64,000 nucleotides of DNA from an uncultured Peptococcaceae bacterium (GTDB lineage Bacteria > Bacillota > Peptococcia > DRI-13), in contig CAZWTM010000002.1 in the NCBI GenBank assembly GCA_964637385.1, forward strand, positions 30,150 through 94,149, written 5' to 3'. Position numbers and translations under genes: made by a program. This document shows positions 61,037 to 64,000 of the stretch, in pieces; position 1 is the first letter of the stretch; every line of letters starts with the position of its first letter. The notes under the pieces are model-generated. The model was not told where the DNA came from. It did not search any database and was given only the letters and a program-made list of their open reading frames with translations.

Positions 61037-62296
61037 ATGACTATGAATGCGGAAATTATTTCAGTAGGAACCGAATTGTTACTGGGGCAGATTATCAATA
61101 CTAATAGCAGATATCTTTCGGAAAAGCTGGCCAGCCTGGGGATTAATGTTTATTATCATACCTCCGTTGGCGATAATAAAAAACGGATCATGGATGCCTT
61201 GACCATAGCCCGTTCCCGTGCACAGTTGATTATTCTGACGGGAGGGCTTGGCCCTACGGATGACGATCTCACCAAAGAAACTTTGGCGGAATTTCTAAAT
61301 TTATCCCTGGAGATAAATCCGGAGGAATTAGCCAAACTGAAGGAATTTTTTGCCAAAAGAAACAGTGAAATGACAGAGAATAACATCAAACAGGCGGCGT
61401 TTGTGCCGGGTGCAACCATTTTAGTCAATGATAGGGGAACAGCCCCGGGTATGGCCCTGCAGCATGAAGGGTGTGCTTATCTTATCCTTCCCGGTCCCCC
61501 GGTGGAGATGGAACATATGTTTTCCCAATACGCTGTTCCCTGGCTTCAAGAAAATGTGATTCCTCCGGGGACTAAAGGTTTGTTTTCTCATGTCTTGAAA
61601 TTTGTGGGTATTGGGGAATCCAAATTGGAATGGATGCTCAAAGACCTTTTTGTCCGGCAAACCGAACCCACTTTGGCCTTACTTGCCAAAAGCGGTGAAG
61701 TTCACCTGCGTTTAACGGCCCGGGCCCGGGATAAGGAGGAGTTTGAGCAAATCATCTTCCCGTTAGTGAAAGAAATTCGAGAACGTGTAGGGGAATATTT
61801 ATTTGCCACAGATGAGGTATCACTGGTGGACAGCATTGCCGAAGAGCTAAAGGCGCACAACTTGACTGTCAGTACCGCCGAATCATGTACCGGCGGCATG
61901 CTGAGTCAGGTTTTAACCTCGGTACCGGGATCATCCCTCTATTTTCTCGGTTCTATCATAGCTTATAGCAATGAAATTAAGACCAAAATATTAGGTGTAC
62001 CGGAAGAAATCATTGCCACACATGGTGCAGTAAGCCGGGAAACTGCAAATTCCATGGCTCAAAGAATCAGGGAACTCACCGGCAGTATGCTCGGTATTGG
62101 CATCACCGGTATTGCCGGGCCTGGCGGGGGCAGTAGCGAAAAACCCGTGGGGTTGGTATATATCGCCCTTTCCGCCCCGGAACTGCAGTGGTGTTCCCAT
62201 TACCACTTTGCCGGAGACAGGGAAACTGTTCGCCAGCGAGCCACAAAAACTGCCCTTCATCTCATCCGTAAATATTTAGGTGTCAGGAAAAGATGA
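61037..62296 (+). CDS. cinA: Competence/damage-inducible protein CinA (MoCF-like domain + PncC nicotinamide-nucleotide amidase domain)
   Basis: AEIISVGTELLLGQIINTN, GGLGPTDDDLT, and the C-terminal TAESCTGG and GITGIAGPGGG motifs. Confidence 0.9.
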   Translation: MTMNAEIISVGTELLLGQIINTNSRYLSEKLASLGINVYYHTSVGDNKKRIMDALTIARSRAQLIILTGGLGPTDDDLTKETLAEFLNLSLEINPEELAKLKEFFAKRNSEMTENNIKQAAFVPGATILVNDRGTAPGMALQHEGCAYLILPGPPVEMEHMFSQYAVPWLQENVIPPGTKGLFSHVLKFVGIGESKLEWMLKDLFVRQTEPTLALLAKSGEVHLRLTARARDKEEFEQIIFPLVKEIRERVGEYLFATDEVSLVDSIAEELKAHNLTVSTAESCTGGMLSQVLTSVPGSSLYFLGSIIAYSNEIKTKILGVPEEIIATHGAVSRETANSMAQRIRELTGSMLGIGITGIAGPGGGSSEKPVGLVYIALSAPELQWCSHYHFAGDRETVRQRATKTALHLIRKYLGVRKR

Positions 62297-63699
62297 CAAA
62301 AACAATGATTTATGTTAAGGTTGTCCTCTTATCTTTATTCCTTACTTTATTATTTATCTCTTTTTTAGGTTCCATGTCCTTTCACCTGAAAGCTTTGGAG
62401 TGGCGTGTTTCTTTGCAGGTACTGGACCATGGTTTAACAGAGATCAGGCTGCCTCCCGTGGGCACCATCTCGGCAAAAACTCATTTGAGCCCCTTAAAAA
62501 TTAGTCTGGAATTGCTTAATATTGACCTGGAGGGCTTACAGCAGCTAATTTCTGCCAAGGCAGAATCAAAGCAGTTCTGGAATGAGTTAAAGTTAGAGGC
62601 CCGCAAAATCGGTATTGTTTATATACTGCGTCTCACAGCTCTGGCTATCTTAGGTGGTATCATAGGTGCAATCCTCATTACAGGGAAACAGCTAAAACCT
62701 GCATTGCTGGGAACCGTATGTAGTTTGCTTTTTTGTTTTGCTCTCCTGGGTTTAACTTATGTCACTTATGATAAAGAGAAGTTCCGTACACCGGAATTTC
62801 AGGGAGTATTAAAAGCAGCACCCTGGGCTGTAAACATGGTGGAAACTGCTCTGCACAAGTTTAACCTTTTAGGGGAACAAATGAAAATCATGGCTGTAAA
62901 CTTAAACAATCTCTACGAGAGAATTAATGAAGTTAGTCCTGTTTTAGAAAAAGAAGATGCTCTACTGGTTCTTCATGTCAGTGATATGCATAATAACCCT
63001 GTAGCCCATCAATTTTTACAGCAAATCGCGGCCAGTTTTCCTGTGGATCTGATCATTGATACAGGTGATATTACAGACTTTGGTACTCCAGTGGAAGGCC
63101 TTTTGCTTAAAGGTCTTATGGATTTTAAGATTCCTTATTTATTTGTGCCGGGTAACCATGATTCACCAGATATCATTAAACAACTCTCCCGCTATCCTCA
63201 GGTACAGGTTCTTACAGGCGGTGTTGTAGACGTACAGGGTTTGCGCGTTCTGGCGCTGGCTGACCCTTCAGCCACTTCCAGGAAAATCGCACCCTCTAAC
63301 AGTGAAGTGGTAGAGCGATACAGGGCAAGATTAGTGCAGTTATGGAATGAAGCGGCGAAAAAACCCCATCTTATTGCCGTGCATAATTTTAATATTGCCG
63401 AACCCTTAGTGGGACAGGTTCCTTTGATTTTATTCGGACACACCCACCAGTATGCCATCAGCCAGGAGAAAGGAACGGTTATGATCAATGCAGGAACCAC
63501 AGGGGCAGCCGGTTTAAGAGGACTGCAGGCCACCAAAGAAATACCTTATTCCGTTGTACTCTTACATTTTCGAAGAAACTCCCAAAATGAGCCGGAACTG
63601 GTAGCTGCCGATACAATCCGGGTGTATAACCTGGAAAGGGGCTTTACCCTGGAAAGGAAAATATTTAAGCGAAGTGGGACAAATATGGGAAAAACATAA
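62293..63699 (+). CDS. Membrane-anchored calcineurin-like metallophosphoesterase
   Basis: N-terminal half has several TM helices. The C-terminal half carries LHVSDMHNN, TGDITDFG, PGNHD and FGHTH motifs. It overlaps cinA by 4 nt (ATGA). Confidence 0.8.
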   Translation: MTKTMIYVKVVLLSLFLTLLFISFLGSMSFHLKALEWRVSLQVLDHGLTEIRLPPVGTISAKTHLSPLKISLELLNIDLEGLQQLISAKAESKQFWNELKLEARKIGIVYILRLTALAILGGIIGAILITGKQLKPALLGTVCSLLFCFALLGLTYVTYDKEKFRTPEFQGVLKAAPWAVNMVETALHKFNLLGEQMKIMAVNLNNLYERINEVSPVLEKEDALLVLHVSDMHNNPVAHQFLQQIAASFPVDLIIDTGDITDFGTPVEGLLLKGLMDFKIPYLFVPGNHDSPDIIKQLSRYPQVQVLTGGVVDVQGLRVLALADPSATSRKIAPSNSEVVERYRARLVQLWNEAAKKPHLIAVHNFNIAEPLVGQVPLILFGHTHQYAISQEKGTVMINAGTTGAAGLRGLQATKEIPYSVVLLHFRRNSQNEPELVAADTIRVYNLERGFTLERKIFKRSGTNMGKT

Positions 63700-63761
63700 T
63701 ATCCTATCAGCATACTCATAAAAATACAGTTGATTGTTTTTGTTTTGAAAGGAGTCTTTTC

Positions 63762-64000
63762 ATGCAAGAGAAATTCGGACAGCTTTTTTTATCCAGGAAG
63801 GTGGTAAATGCCCTTTCCGATATGGGTTTTGAGGAACCTACGCCTATACAGGCCCAGGCCATTCCCCTGATTATGGATAATCATGATGTCATAGGCCAGG
63901 CCCAAACTGGAACCGGTAAAACTGCGGCCTTTGGTATCCCCATTGTAGAAAAAATCAATCCTAAATGGTTTGCCGTGCAGGCTTTAATTTTGACGCCTAC
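63762..64000 (+). CDS. DEAD-box ATP-dependent RNA helicase (N-terminal fragment, runs off the window)
   Basis: Own translation from the ATG at 63762: MQEKFGQLFLSRKVVNALSDMGFEEPTPIQAQAIPLIM...GQAQTGTGKTAAFGIPIV. This shows the Q-motif and motif I (AQTGTGKT). A GGAG RBS lies upstream. Confidence 0.85.
   Translation, partial: MQEKFGQLFLSRKVVNALSDMGFEEPTPIQAQAIPLIMDNHDVIGQAQTGTGKTAAFGIPIVEKINPKWFAVQALILTP

Overview
This is a 64-kb Firmicutes (Clostridia-like, spore-former-type) chromosomal segment, roughly low-40s % GC by eye. Every credible gene lies on the + strand. Gene order follows the Bacillus subtilis core region: the end of the fla/che operon (flhA-flhF-flhG-cheBAWCD-sigD), then rpsB-tsf-pyrH-frr-uppS-cdsA-dxr-rseP-ispG-proS-polC, then rimP-nusA-ylxR-ylxQ-infB-rbfA-nrnA-truB-ribF-rpsO-pnp. 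It continues with a sporulation/cell-wall block (deacetylase, DD-carboxypeptidase, M16 peptidase, ymxH), dapB-asd, RNase J-tepA-ylzJ-ftsK, selU, rodZ, ygiQ, rimO-pgsA-pgpA, cinA and the start of a DEAD-box helicase. I saw no rRNA, tRNA, CRISPR array, transposase or integrase. The window is mostly housekeeping, and I did not recognise a clear multi-gene novel system. The points most worth follow-up are these: (1) polC seems to lack the whole proofreading exonuclease insert. (2) Short heptad-periodic repeat tracts sit in three 5' leaders, and one of them forms a long imperfect hairpin. (3) Several small insertions break the conserved synteny: a two-gene toxin-antitoxin-like cassette between ribF and rpsO, GT2+MgtC between proS and polC, and a membrane protein coupled to a truncated FtsH paralog. 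(4) Several cis-regulatory leaders are present: a lysine riboswitch upstream of dapB, an rnj attenuator and a rimP-nusA leader hairpin. (5) An identical 14-nt palindromic core brackets dapB. All functional calls come from motif recognition by eye and from synteny. No database search was run.
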